From Minisyncoccota bacterium (lineage in GTDB: Bacteria; Patescibacteriota; Minisyncoccia; Phycocordibacterales; UBA9973): a stretch of DNA of 64,000 nt. Position numbers and translations under genes: made by a program. The stretch is from assembly GCA_041674285.1 (NCBI GenBank), contig JBAYVZ010000001.1:165129-229128 (forward strand). Direction: 5' to 3'. Below the pieces are notes generated by a model. It was not told the origin of the DNA, ran no database searches, and worked only from the letters and a program-made list of their open reading frames with translations. Positions 48,239 to 59,500 of this stretch are shown here, in pieces (position 1 is the first letter of the stretch; each line of letters begins with the position of its first letter).

Positions 48239-48847
48239 ATGGAAAATAATACCGAAGAAACAAAGGTAATTTTGAAAAAAGACAAAAAAGCATGGATTAA
48301 AGAACAATTACTCAATATTTGGGATCTGGTCAAATTTATGGCCCTAGCTCTTATAATAGTCATCCCTATCCGTACATACATAGCTCAGCCATTTATAGTA
48401 TCGGGTGAATCCATGGTCCCGACATTCCAAGACGGAGAATACCTCATCGTAGACGAGCTCTCTTATAATATGGGTAATATAAAGCGTGGAGATGTTGTCA
48501 TCTTTAAATACCCACATGACCCATCTAGATATTTTATTAAAAGAATCATAGGCTTACCGAATGAAAAAATAGAGATATCAGGTCAAAAAGTAAAGATCGA
48601 GAACAAAGCAAATCCAGATGGATTTATCATAGATGAACCATACATAAATGAAAATTTTTCGACTAATGAAAAATACGACACAGGACCCAATGGATACTTT
48701 GTAATGGGAGACAACAGAAACAGAAGCTCAGATTCAAGAGTATGGGGTGTAGTTGATAAGAAATTTTTAATAGGCAGGGCTTATCTTCGACTACTACCAT
48801 TTAATTCGATAGACTATCTACCAGGAGAATATAACCAAGAAAAATAA
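48239..48847 (+). CDS. lepB: signal peptidase I
   Basis: SGESMVPT, FIKRIIGLP, MGDNRNRSSDSR. Confidence 0.96.
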   Translation: MENNTEETKVILKKDKKAWIKEQLLNIWDLVKFMALALIIVIPIRTYIAQPFIVSGESMVPTFQDGEYLIVDELSYNMGNIKRGDVVIFKYPHDPSRYFIKRIIGLPNEKIEISGQKVKIENKANPDGFIIDEPYINENFSTNEKYDTGPNGYFVMGDNRNRSSDSRVWGVVDKKFLIGRAYLRLLPFNSIDYLPGEYNQEK

Positions 48848-48848
48848 A

Positions 48849-50150
48849 ATGAGTACACCAAATAAAAAAACAAATAAAGAAGCACCCGTATCTGTAAAAG
48901 GTATGCGTGATTTTATAGATGAGCAGTACTACCTATACCAGGGTTTTTTTGAAAAAGCACAAGAGATAGCTGTTTACTACGGATTCAAGCCAATCAAAAC
49001 TCCAATAGTCGAATTCAAGGATGTATACACAGCCGGAGTCGGTGAAGGTACAGATATCGTAGACAAAGAAATGTACAACTTCAAGACAAAGGGTGGCGAC
49101 GAGCTCGCTCTGCGCCCAGAAGGTACCGCGGGTGCTATGCGTGCGTATATAGAGCACGGAATGCAATCACTACCTCAGCCAGTGATGCTCTACTACTATG
49201 GACCATTCTTTCGTCATGACAATCCTCAGCGTGGTCGCTATCGTGAGCTACATCAATTCGGCCTGGAGATCATGGGTACAGAAAAGAGTATCGCTGACGC
49301 ATTAATAATAAAGACTACCATTGCCATACTAGAAGAAGTAGGAGCCAAGAATCTTGTTGTAGATATAAATTCTATTGGAGACAAGGAGTCTCGACCTGCA
49401 TATGTAAAAGAGCTAGTAAATTATTACAAAAAGCACCTCAATGAACTAGGCGCTATAGACAAAGATAGACTCAAGACAAATCCACTACGAATACTAGATT
49501 CCAAGGACCCAAAGACTATATTGGTAAATGAAGGGGCCCCCGATGCCGTATCTTTTTTGACTGGTGATTCAAAAAAGCACTTCAAGCAAGTATTAGAGTA
49601 CCTAGAAGAGATGGGCGTACCCTATCGCATAAACAAGAATCTAGTTCGAGGTCTTTCTTATTACACTCACACAGTGTTTGAGATTATAGAGATACCCGAA
49701 GATGAAGGTCTCCCACCACTAACTATCGCTGGAGGTGGTCGCTACGACTACCTAGCTCGCATGCTCGGTAGCAAGAAGGATGTGCCTAGTATGGGTGTAG
49801 GTATTGGAGTAGATAGAGTCATCGAGTCACCTTGGTACAACAGACCTCTACCTAGAGTATCGAAGAAGCCAAAGATGTATTTTATCCAGTTAGGATTTGA
49901 AGCAAAACTAAAATCACTAAATGTTATAGAGATATTACGTAAGGCCAAGATACCAATAGCCCAATCTTTGTCAAAAGACAGCCTAGGATCACAGTTAGCT
50001 GTCGCTGAGAAGATGGGACTACACTACGCTATTATTTTTGGACAAAAAGAGGCAATGGAAAATACAGTTATCGTCCGAGATATGACTACTCGATCCCAAG
50101 AGACAGTCAAGATATCCAAACTCCTTGATTACGTAAAGAATCTAAAATAA
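48849..50150 (+). CDS. hisS: histidine--tRNA ligase
   Basis: LRPEGTA, PQRGRYRE, LVRGLSYY, GGGRYD. Confidence 0.97.
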   Translation: MSTPNKKTNKEAPVSVKGMRDFIDEQYYLYQGFFEKAQEIAVYYGFKPIKTPIVEFKDVYTAGVGEGTDIVDKEMYNFKTKGGDELALRPEGTAGAMRAYIEHGMQSLPQPVMLYYYGPFFRHDNPQRGRYRELHQFGLEIMGTEKSIADALIIKTTIAILEEVGAKNLVVDINSIGDKESRPAYVKELVNYYKKHLNELGAIDKDRLKTNPLRILDSKDPKTILVNEGAPDAVSFLTGDSKKHFKQVLEYLEEMGVPYRINKNLVRGLSYYTHTVFEIIEIPEDEGLPPLTIAGGGRYDYLARMLGSKKDVPSMGVGIGVDRVIESPWYNRPLPRVSKKPKMYFIQLGFEAKLKSLNVIEILRKAKIPIAQSLSKDSLGSQLAVAEKMGLHYAIIFGQKEAMENTVIVRDMTTRSQETVKISKLLDYVKNLK

Positions 50151-50153
50151 ATT

Positions 50154-50690
50154 ATGGCAGTTGAAATTGTACAAAATGGGCACCCCGTATTGAGAGAAAT
50201 AGCAAAAGCTATCCCAATAAAAGACATTCAATCCGAAAAAGTCCAAAAGATTTTAAAAGATATGTCAAAAGCATTAGCATCCCAAGATGATGGGGTGGCT
50301 ATTGCTGCACCTCAGATTGCAGTAGCTTTACGTATATTTACTATTTCTGGTCGTGTATTTGATGATGAATTTATACGAGGAGAAAAGAACCTAAAAGAAA
50401 AGAAACATAAAGACGTAGTCTGTATAAACCCTATATTTAAAAAAGTATCTAAAGATAAAAAATTAATGGCCGAAGGCTGTCTATCTGTACGACCACTATA
50501 TGGCAAGGTCCGTCGTGCTACTCGCGCAACCATAGAGTCCTATGACGCAGAAGGTATCAAATTTACACTTGATGGCACAGGACTTCTGGCTCATATATTT
50601 CAACACGAGATAGATCACCTAGACGGAATACTGTTTATAGACAAAGCAAAAGACATACACGAATCAGACGGTGAGGGTGAATTTTCATAA
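50154..50690 (+). CDS. def: peptide deformylase
   Basis: GVAIAAPQI, EGCLS, QHEIDHLDG. Confidence 0.97.
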   Translation: MAVEIVQNGHPVLREIAKAIPIKDIQSEKVQKILKDMSKALASQDDGVAIAAPQIAVALRIFTISGRVFDDEFIRGEKNLKEKKHKDVVCINPIFKKVSKDKKLMAEGCLSVRPLYGKVRRATRATIESYDAEGIKFTLDGTGLLAHIFQHEIDHLDGILFIDKAKDIHESDGEGEFS

Positions 50691-51523
50691 TGAAAAATAA
50701 TGATAAAAAATTTGTATTTTGGGGTACACCAGATGTAGCTAGTCGCACATTGGATATTTTGTATAGTGCGGGTTTTACCCCAGAGCTGATAGTCACATCA
50801 CCCGATGCTCCATCAGGACGCGGTATGAGCATGACAGCATCCCCTGTATCAGCATGGGCAGAGGAAAAGATGATAGATTGTATTAAACCAGAAAAGATAG
50901 ACGATGAATTCATCAAAACTATATCTGAATACAAAGCTGATCTATTCATCGTAGTAGCCTATGGAAAGATATTGCCTCAAAGCATTATAGATATGCCAAA
51001 ATTTGGCACTATAAATATACATTATTCACTACTACCACTATATCGCGGTGCATCACCAGTAGAGAGCGCACTATTGAGTGGTGACAAAGTCACTGGCATA
51101 TCCATACAACAGATGGCATTTAAAATGGATGCCGGAGACATCATAGATGAAAAAGAAATCAATATAGATATCACAGATACAAAGAGTACTCTCCGCAGTA
51201 AACTCATACAATCAGGAGGAGACCTACTAGTATCCATACTGCCAGATATCTTTACGCAAAGAATAACACTAAAAAAACAAGACGAATCAAAAATTACTTA
51301 TTGTAAAAAGATTAAAAAAGAAGATGGATTGATAAATCTTTCCGATGATAATTTTACAAATTACAATAAATACAGAGCTTATGAAGGATGGCCTAGTGTA
51401 TTCTTTATGTTAGACGGCAAGAGAATAAAAATAAAAAAAGCAAAGTATGAAGATGAAAAATTTGTAATTGAGAGAGTGGTACCCGAAGGTAAAAAAGAAA
51501 TAGATTTTAAATTACTAAAATAA
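50690..51523 (+). CDS. fmt: methionyl-tRNA formyltransferase
   Basis: WGTP, VVAYG, NIHYSLLP.YRGASP, MDAG. Confidence 0.96.
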   Translation: MKNNDKKFVFWGTPDVASRTLDILYSAGFTPELIVTSPDAPSGRGMSMTASPVSAWAEEKMIDCIKPEKIDDEFIKTISEYKADLFIVVAYGKILPQSIIDMPKFGTINIHYSLLPLYRGASPVESALLSGDKVTGISIQQMAFKMDAGDIIDEKEINIDITDTKSTLRSKLIQSGGDLLVSILPDIFTQRITLKKQDESKITYCKKIKKEDGLINLSDDNFTNYNKYRAYEGWPSVFFMLDGKRIKIKKAKYEDEKFVIERVVPEGKKEIDFKLLK

Positions 51524-51552
51524 AATCTCTCATTTATAAATGAGAGATTTTA
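51521..51552. terminator. bidirectional terminator hairpin
   Basis: TAAAATCTCTCATTT/AAATGAGAGATTTTA. Confidence 0.65.
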
Positions 51553-52764
51553 TTTTCTTGTAAATGCTTCTTTTGGAGAGAGTCCTGCTGCGCGGTGTGC
51601 TGGCCACCATCCAGATACGAAACCGATAAGGATAGAGAATCCCATGATGAGCAGTACGAACCAAAACGGTACTACGAATAGTTCTAGAGACTCCCCTCCG
51701 AATCTTCTAGCCACAGCAGAGAGCAGGAAGTTAAACAGCTGTCCCAATCCAAATCCGATAGTCACACCTCCGACACCCCCCAGGAATCCCATAAATGATG
51801 CTTCTACGAGGAACAGATTTCGGACATCATAATCAGTAGCTCCGATAGATTTCAATATACCCACCTCGTATATACGTTCCAGGAATGCCACGAGCATTGT
51901 ATTGAACATTCCAATAGCTGACACGATCAGAGCTGTCACCCCAAAAACTCCAAGAACCATTGTGATGATATTGGTGATTTTACGAGCTTGGGTCACCAAG
52001 TCAATACGAGCAGACACAAGCAAGCCTTGTGAGATTAATTTATCACGCAGACCTTCAAGCGTATCAATATCTTTTGCTTTTACCAATGCCTTGCGGTAAA
52101 ATGGCGGATCTCTAGGAAATATTGTGGAATACACCATAGATGTAGGTTGCAAGTTTTCATCAACAACTACACCTTGCAGTGGTAGCGTCTCCACAAAAAA
52201 AGTTTCCTCTTCTGCTAGGTCGACTTTTTCATCTTGAAAAGAAACTTTTAAAGTAAAAGGTTTATCAATCAAAATAGGTTCTATTGGTAAACCTAGAGCA
52301 GATAATGTCTGGCTAGATACTATAGTTCCTTTATTATTTATATCTAAAACCTTACCAATGTTTGGAGTTAACCCAGCAAGACGAAAATAAGATGGCTCAA
52401 TTATCTGAGTATTTACTATCAAACCAGACGTACCCTCAGCACTTATTTCCCCTGGAAATTCAGCTACAGGACTCACCTCGGCTACATCTGGGGAGCTTCT
52501 TAATTCATCGATAAAAGATTTTTTAATTAAAATATTACTCTCTGTAGGATAAGATACTTCCATGGTTATCAGGGAGTCCTCTGTAGTCACCAATTTGCCG
52601 ATCAATATATACTGCAATCCATATCCAAGAGAAACGAGCAGTAGCACCGTCGCAATACCCACAGACATACCCATGATCGTCAAAAAAGCTCTCTGCGGTT
52701 TCGTACGGAAAGATCTAAAAGAAAGAGTTATAAGCTCATTAAATTTTAATTGCTTGTCTAACAT
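51550..52764 (-). CDS. ABC transporter permease (MacB/FtsX type)
   Basis: R..LT..G..VG, ERIYEVGILKSIGA, PAHRAA.L.P.EA. Confidence 0.92.
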   Translation of the reverse strand: MLDKQLKFNELITLSFRSFRTKPQRAFLTIMGMSVGIATVLLLVSLGYGLQYILIGKLVTTEDSLITMEVSYPTESNILIKKSFIDELRSSPDVAEVSPVAEFPGEISAEGTSGLIVNTQIIEPSYFRLAGLTPNIGKVLDINNKGTIVSSQTLSALGLPIEPILIDKPFTLKVSFQDEKVDLAEEETFFVETLPLQGVVVDENLQPTSMVYSTIFPRDPPFYRKALVKAKDIDTLEGLRDKLISQGLLVSARIDLVTQARKITNIITMVLGVFGVTALIVSAIGMFNTMLVAFLERIYEVGILKSIGATDYDVRNLFLVEASFMGFLGGVGGVTIGFGLGQLFNFLLSAVARRFGGESLELFVVPFWFVLLIMGFSILIGFVSGWWPAHRAAGLSPKEAFTRK

Positions 52765-52770
52765 AGTTTA

Positions 52771-54207
52771 TTATATTTTTTTCAAGTTTACATCTTGAAC
52801 TTCAGAGACACCACTAGAAACAGTTGGATTTGCAGTAGAACCACTCTTTACATTATCAACTATTATACCCTCGAGCACAAGCTCCAATTTATCACCAAAT
52901 ATTTTTGCTGCACGAAAAGATAAACCTAACCCCCCTCTGGAGATAGATAGTGTCAGGAGATCGACAACTTTTGTTCTTGATATAAAGTTACGTATACGAT
53001 CAGAGACTATCTGAGTGAGGGCTTTAACCTCGGGGTTAGTGAGCTCGCGAGTATACCCCTCTACGAGCCAATTACGGAGATTTTGAACTTCATAGAACAT
53101 ATCCACTTCTGGATTCTTTTCCATCATCCTATGAATTCTCCTCATATCACGCCTTCTAGATATCACATCTTCTACGTAGAACAAAACTTTGTCAGCCTTT
53201 TTGTCTTTGAGGCCCAGACCATTTTGATTAAATGATGCCAACAATAACCTCTTGAAGTCTATAGTATCTATCTTATTGGCAAATCTGTATTTTACGATAG
53301 ATTCGAATCTAGACATCTCTTCTAGTGAATATCCACTCATGAGGAAGTTTGCTAACTGATGAGCAGTTATATCATCCCCTGTCGTCTCATCAATTTTTTC
53401 ATCTTTTTTAGGATCAATTAGTGGTTCTATTTTAGGTGGAGAGACTGTCTTTTTATCGTCCACAAATGAAAGCTGGGCATTCATATGCGACACGACAGAC
53501 TCTTCTAGGGTCTTTGGTGTTACGTGTTCCACTTCAGTAACAGAACCATCTTTCATGTGATAGATAGTCTTTACATCACGCAGACTCCAGGCTTCGTGGG
53601 TAACCATGATTATAGTTCTACCATCTTTTTCATTTAGCTCTTTCAAAAATTCCAAAACTTTTTTAGCGTTTACAGAGTCGAGGTTTCCGAGTGGTTCGTC
53701 GGCGATTATTATCGGTGGGTCATTAGCGAGAGCTCTTGCTATACCTACACGCTGCTGTTGACCTCCAGACAATTCAAAAGGGTAACGATTTGCATATTCC
53801 GTTAGAGCCAGACGTTCTAATAATTTTGCAGCTTCTACATCAGCTTTTTCTGATGATATACCTACGAATAGCATAGGCAATGCTACATTTTTCAAAACAG
53901 TTAAAGATGGTACGAGGTTGAACTGCTGAAAGACTATACCTATCCCAGTCTGTCGAAATATAGCCAATTCTTGATTAGTCAGTGTCGAGATATCTTTATC
54001 ATTTATATGTATAGTACCTTCTTGGAAGTGATCAATTCCAGATATAGCGTAGAGCATGGTTGTCTTACCACAACCAGATGGACCGAAAAAAGCGACATAG
54101 TCACCTCTGGCTATATCTATGGTGATATTCTTTAGGGCTTTTACTTCAATATCTTTCCCCTTTTCATACCACAAACTTACATTGTTTAACTTAATTATTG
54201 GTTCCAT
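52771..54207 (-). CDS. ABC ATPase (MacB/LolD type) with ~250-aa C-terminal extension
   Basis: GPSGCGKT, LSGGQQQR, ADEP.GNLD, VTHE. Confidence 0.93.
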   Translation of the reverse strand: MEPIIKLNNVSLWYEKGKDIEVKALKNITIDIARGDYVAFFGPSGCGKTTMLYAISGIDHFQEGTIHINDKDISTLTNQELAIFRQTGIGIVFQQFNLVPSLTVLKNVALPMLFVGISSEKADVEAAKLLERLALTEYANRYPFELSGGQQQRVGIARALANDPPIIIADEPLGNLDSVNAKKVLEFLKELNEKDGRTIIMVTHEAWSLRDVKTIYHMKDGSVTEVEHVTPKTLEESVVSHMNAQLSFVDDKKTVSPPKIEPLIDPKKDEKIDETTGDDITAHQLANFLMSGYSLEEMSRFESIVKYRFANKIDTIDFKRLLLASFNQNGLGLKDKKADKVLFYVEDVISRRRDMRRIHRMMEKNPEVDMFYEVQNLRNWLVEGYTRELTNPEVKALTQIVSDRIRNFISRTKVVDLLTLSISRGGLGLSFRAAKIFGDKLELVLEGIIVDNVKSGSTANPTVSSGVSEVQDVNLKKI

Positions 54208-54637
54208 GCATTTTGTCTGTGAATAAAATTATTTCTTTAGGCATTATCTCGCCTTTTGCAAGATACCCATCTACTCCCAATTTCAATGCCTCTTCTTTCA
54301 AGATTTCATCTTTTTGACCAGAATAAATAATTATATTTATATTGGAATAATCTTTATTTTTCTTGATACGACTGATGAACCCCAAAGATAATGCCATCTG
54401 GTACGCAGGAGCACTGCACCCTGCCCCCTTTGAAGACATCAGAACATCTAGGAATATTGTATCGGGTCGAGTCTTTGGGTCTTTTAATATATCTTCTGCT
54501 TTCTCAAGAGAAGAGACCATAATTATTTCGTATTTATTACTCTTGCCGTGTATCCAGAATATATCACGAAAATATATACGCATCATTTCGTCATCATCCA
54601 CAAGTAGTATTTTTATTTTCTTTTGATTATTTTCCAT
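54191..54637 (-). CDS. stand-alone response regulator receiver domain
   Basis: ILLVDDD, IFLDV, G...Y..K. Confidence 0.85.
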   Translation of the reverse strand: MENNQKKIKILLVDDDEMMRIYFRDIFWIHGKSNKYEIIMVSSLEKAEDILKDPKTRPDTIFLDVLMSSKGAGCSAPAYQMALSLGFISRIKKNKDYSNINIIIYSGQKDEILKEEALKLGVDGYLAKGEIMPKEIILFTDKMHGTNN

Positions 54638-54681
54638 TTAGATTAAAATTATTTTTACTATTTAATTATAACAAATATAGA

Positions 54682-56520
54682 TTACACAACAAAATCTTTA
54701 TTTAAAATTCCATTTCTTATAATTAAATTTTCTGAAGTATAGACATTTGTATAAGATTCATCGTTATTTTTTTTATCAATTTTGATGTAATATTCCCCTT
54801 TTGGAATCAAACAATAGTAGTTCCCATGCTTGTCTGCAACACGATGAAATATTTCTTTTGTTCCACCTTTGGCAAATATCCTCACGACAGCAAAAGACAA
54901 TGGGAACATTGTATCTTTTTCTCTTATCACTCCGTGTGTTTTTGTTTTTATATTTATCTTTTTAAATATCATCAATACGATATAAAAAGATATAACGACG
55001 ATATTATAAAGATTGAAACCATTAACAATAATCAAGAACACAGCCAACAAGAAACCAGCGTAGAACAAGAAGTTAGAAACAACGGACAATATCCATGCAT
55101 ATGGTGAGTTGAACTTCAAAAGATTTTTATCTTTTTTAGTAAACTCGTTCCAGTCAAAACGCTCCGGATCCATAGGGATATTCTTTGTGATTATTTTACC
55201 CTGCTCGATAAACATATCATCCCCAAAATAAAGATTGTCATAGACACCGTCCGTATCTCGACCTTTTAATTTCAATGATGGGAAAATATAATTATTCTTT
55301 TTTACAGATATACGATAAGTTCCAGATGGTACTAGGAATCCAAAGCGTCCATCCATATCAGTTATCGCGGTAGCTACTTCTTTATTGTTTTTATCTAGCA
55401 ATACTACATACACGGGATCTAGTGGTTGCTTTGTGACACTATCATACACAGTACCCCAGGATTGTCTTTTTTTCTTTAGTCCGACGGCAGAAAGGAATAG
55501 GCTCCATAACCTAATAAAGTTTAAAAAGAAATCTGAGATAGACAGGGCGCTAGCTATCATAGAAGATACGATAGTAGTACTACCTCCCACTACTCCAACT
55601 GTTGTTACTGTTTTTGTTGATATATCTAATCCCGGAGCAAAAGAAACAACTGTTTCTTCTATACCAGAATCGTTTTGTTTTTCTTGGATAATATTGTTAG
55701 TAATAGCGACTGTTTTCTTTGCTACACTAGTTATGATTCCGGATGGTTTTTCTACTACGACATCTGAAGATTTTTTATTGTTAGGAATAGATTTTTCATC
55801 TGTAGGCATTATATATGTGACAGCTCCATCAGGGTTTGTCACAGTACCATTGTTTATCTTTATCACATCCCCACCATAGTAATATTCACCATCGCCTAGC
55901 ACTGGTAAGGGTTTTTGCTTTACGGTAGTAGTATCATTTGTATCTGCAATTGTAGTAGGCTTGTTTGATGGAGGTACGGTCGATGCTGTCACATCTGGAG
56001 CGATGGTTCCGTCTGCTCGCACAGATATAGGCCTCCAATCTGTCACTACTTTATATTCATCAACAGCACAGGAGTCATTGTTTTTACAATTGAATGATAT
56101 TTTTCCAAATTTTTCAGAGTTTGCGTAACCCGCGAATTCTCCATCCGAATTTATGATTACACCACTGAAATTAATCCATCCACCAAATTCAGACGTAGCG
56201 TACCCAGACAGTATTCCTTCTCCATTATTCACGACTCCCCCATCCGACGGTGCAAGATTCACCCATCCTATACCCTCACCCCATGCAAACCCAGATAGGC
56301 CACTATCTGACACTTTGACATTTATACTCCCCTTAAATAATCCAAAATTAATTTTTATATCTTTATTGTCTACACCTTTCGCAGTCTTGTATGTACCGTC
56401 TATCACACCCAAAGTGGTGGACGCATCTATGATGTATGGATTGTTTATCGAGAATACCAAGAATGATATAACGCCAACAAACACAATAAGACTATTTTTA
56501 TTGTGTTTGTATGGTGTCAT
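54682..56520 (-). CDS. membrane protein with GxAW repeats and two carboxypeptidase-regulatory-like (Ig) domains
   Basis: SGFAWGEGIGW/SGYATSEFGGWI repeats; GTVYDS..KQPL, TD.DGRFGFLV..GTY. Confidence 0.75.
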   Translation of the reverse strand: MTPYKHNKNSLIVFVGVISFLVFSINNPYIIDASTTLGVIDGTYKTAKGVDNKDIKINFGLFKGSINVKVSDSGLSGFAWGEGIGWVNLAPSDGGVVNNGEGILSGYATSEFGGWINFSGVIINSDGEFAGYANSEKFGKISFNCKNNDSCAVDEYKVVTDWRPISVRADGTIAPDVTASTVPPSNKPTTIADTNDTTTVKQKPLPVLGDGEYYYGGDVIKINNGTVTNPDGAVTYIMPTDEKSIPNNKKSSDVVVEKPSGIITSVAKKTVAITNNIIQEKQNDSGIEETVVSFAPGLDISTKTVTTVGVVGGSTTIVSSMIASALSISDFFLNFIRLWSLFLSAVGLKKKRQSWGTVYDSVTKQPLDPVYVVLLDKNNKEVATAITDMDGRFGFLVPSGTYRISVKKNNYIFPSLKLKGRDTDGVYDNLYFGDDMFIEQGKIITKNIPMDPERFDWNEFTKKDKNLLKFNSPYAWILSVVSNFLFYAGFLLAVFLIIVNGFNLYNIVVISFYIVLMIFKKINIKTKTHGVIREKDTMFPLSFAVVRIFAKGGTKEIFHRVADKHGNYYCLIPKGEYYIKIDKKNNDESYTNVYTSENLIIRNGILNKDFVV

Positions 56521-56527
56521 ATATTTA

Positions 56528-59500
56528 TTATTTTACGTTATTGATAAAGTTGAATGATTCGTTGAAGTTTTTAAAGATAACATCAACGATAGACTCACTA
56601 GGTCTCGGTGTTATTATAGTACGAATTGGAAGTTTTTTCACATTCTTTGCGTCATCAGATGAAGCTACTTGGAATCGATATACCGTACCTGGCTTGAGTG
56701 TAGTTAGGATAACCACATGATTCAGAGTAAGCTCTGTATCTTCTTGCTTGTTTGCCAATGGCTTATCAGGAGATCCAGATCCTTCCTCGTAGTAAACCAC
56801 AGAGGTAGATGGTTCATCAGTCTTCCATGAGATGATAGTCTGAGTTTTGTCATTTCTACCTACAACCAGTGAACTATCTACTTTTACTTTTGATATTGCA
56901 GGAGCTGTCACATCTGTAGAAGTTTTGATTGTAATTGTTCCCGCTGATTCTACCGTATTTCCTATATCATTTAATCCTGACACATCTACTTGATACAAGG
57001 TTCCAGGATCAAGATTTTCTATTTTTACAACGTGACCAGTACTCCTAATATCATCTGTTCTCTTGTTTACTTTGCCGGTCTTTAGATTCTTGTATTCTAC
57101 GATTGATGAAGTTTTACTATTTGTACTCCACGACACAGTGAATGAATTCTTTGTAAGATTTGTAACAGAAACTTTTATCTTTGAAGCTTTGGTTATAAAG
57201 GTAAAATCTTTTGATTTACCTACGATCTGAGGCAATGAGAATGCTTTTGCCGAGAAGTGGTATTTTGTATTTGATTTTAGATTTATAAGTTTTACTTTGT
57301 GTATAGTTACCTTGCTTGTAGTATCTGATACTTCACCATTATAAGGATTATCTTTTGTCTCATCATAGTAATCATCTGTAGCATAACCAACGAGAGAGAA
57401 TCCTTTGATGTTTGTCTTGTATGTAATCACAGCACTATCCTCAGTAATATCAGTGACCACTGGAGCCTCTACGAATGGAGGCACGAGAGATGGCAATATT
57501 GATTCAATGCTTGATTCTATTTCATTTTGGAATTGCTCGACATTTTCAATCTTGTTTATCTCATCTAGATTCTCACTAAAGAATTTTGTCTTGAAAACTT
57601 GCTTGTCTCCTATAGATACAGCTACATTGCTATATTTATCTACAACTGCTATTCCATAGTAGTAATCTGTACCCACAGTCAAGCCTCCTATATTTATCTT
57701 GTGGTTTGTAGACCATTTAAAGTTACCTTCTGTCTTGCCGAAATCTTTTGTCTTGCCATAATCTACTCCAGCTACAGTCAATCGATCTGTATCAAATGTC
57801 ACTGTTGCTCCGAAAGCTGTAACATCAGATACTTTTATATTTGAAATCACTGGTAGTGTCGTTATCCCAAACATATTATTCTTCTTTAATTCTGCAAGCT
57901 CCTTCTGTAGAGCTTCGTACACAGATAGAGCTACTCCAGATGAACCGCCACCACCACCACTATTTACTACTATGACCTGACCTGCAGCCACAGTCTCTAC
58001 TTCTTGTTCTGGTGATATAGCGATATTCCCTGACCCATCCTCTGATACAACGACATAATAGTATGTAGTAGTAGCAGTGAGTGAATCCATCAGCGCCCAG
58101 TGAGTAGCTTGCTTGTCAGAATCATCACGTAGAGCACTAGATGAATATCCATTGTTAGGATCACCTAAAATATCTTCTGTGACCAAACCTTCCTCATTTT
58201 TTTCAAACGTATTTGTACTCCAATACACTTGAGTATTTGATCGCTCGTTAGTATTCCAACTCACCATCACAACATCACTCTTTATCACAGGAGTAGATAT
58301 ATTTGATATTGTTGGTGGAGCACTATCTTCTACTGTTCTTGTTGCTGTACCTGTTACTGTGCCACCTATACCTTCCGTATAGGTAACCGTATATATCACG
58401 TCACCACCAGAAACTCCGGCAGTAGAACTATTACTACTGATTGTATACGTAACTCCAGGGACATCAGTAACTGGTTGTCCATTTGTAATAAGATTTATTG
58501 ATGTAATACCATCAGCTGAATAAGTAGCACTCCAGTCGTCTGTAGGATAAGGCGCTCCTGGTGCCAAAACTAGAGGATTACTACTAAAAGTAATTGCGGG
58601 TAAGGGCTCATCAATCAAACCGAATCCGACTGCCATAGATACATCTCCTTTGATTTGTGAGAATGTATACCCAGCCTGATAATCATCTACATTCAAAGGT
58701 GTAATTGTGTCTCCGATAGTCACAGATAGAGTCTTTACTTTATGTAGATCTGTATCAGGGACAAATGTGTATGCTGGAGTAGACAGCTTGTCGACGACAA
58801 CATTTCCAGCAGAGATAGTATCTCCATTTGCATCCTTGACTGTTCCTGGACCTGTAATAGTAAGAGTTAGGTTATATGTATCTGCATAATCAACATTAAC
58901 TATTCTTTCTGCAGTAGAAATCCCTCCTGCACTTATCGCTTTGTAAATTATTTTATATTCCCCTACAGCATTAACATTTACCGCACCACTCTTGCTCCAT
59001 AGACATCCATTTTGCGGTGCAGTTGTAGTATCACCCTCTGTACAAGACACATCATTATCTTCTACAGCAGTTATGCCGTCATCGATATATTCTTCTCCGA
59101 GTACTACATCAACTTCAGGATCACCTAACAATGTGATCTCTGGTGCAGTTGTATCTAGAGTAGCAGTGAAAGAAACATTTATAGTTTTATTTTCTTGTAT
59201 ATCTGTGAATGATACAGAAGTAGAATTATTTGCACGAGTCTCACCCCCTACAGTCAGTAAATCTATACTGTATCCATCAGCTGGTGTGATTGTAAATGTA
59301 GCATCATTACCTGTAGTAGCACTTGCTCTTGGTATCGTATACACACTGTTACTTGCTGAGTAACCTGTTAGAGCTTGAGTAGTAGCATCTGCATCAACTG
59401 CTCCATTCGCACCCACAGTCACTGTGACTGTATATGATGCTGCTAGAACGACATTAACTGTTCTACTTTTTATGGTAGACAATCCACCTGAATCTTTTGC

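Noticed and set aside
53799-53807. CCGTTAGAG partial match to the element terminus
   Set aside because: Inside the ABC ATPase coding region, short, and with no second arm.
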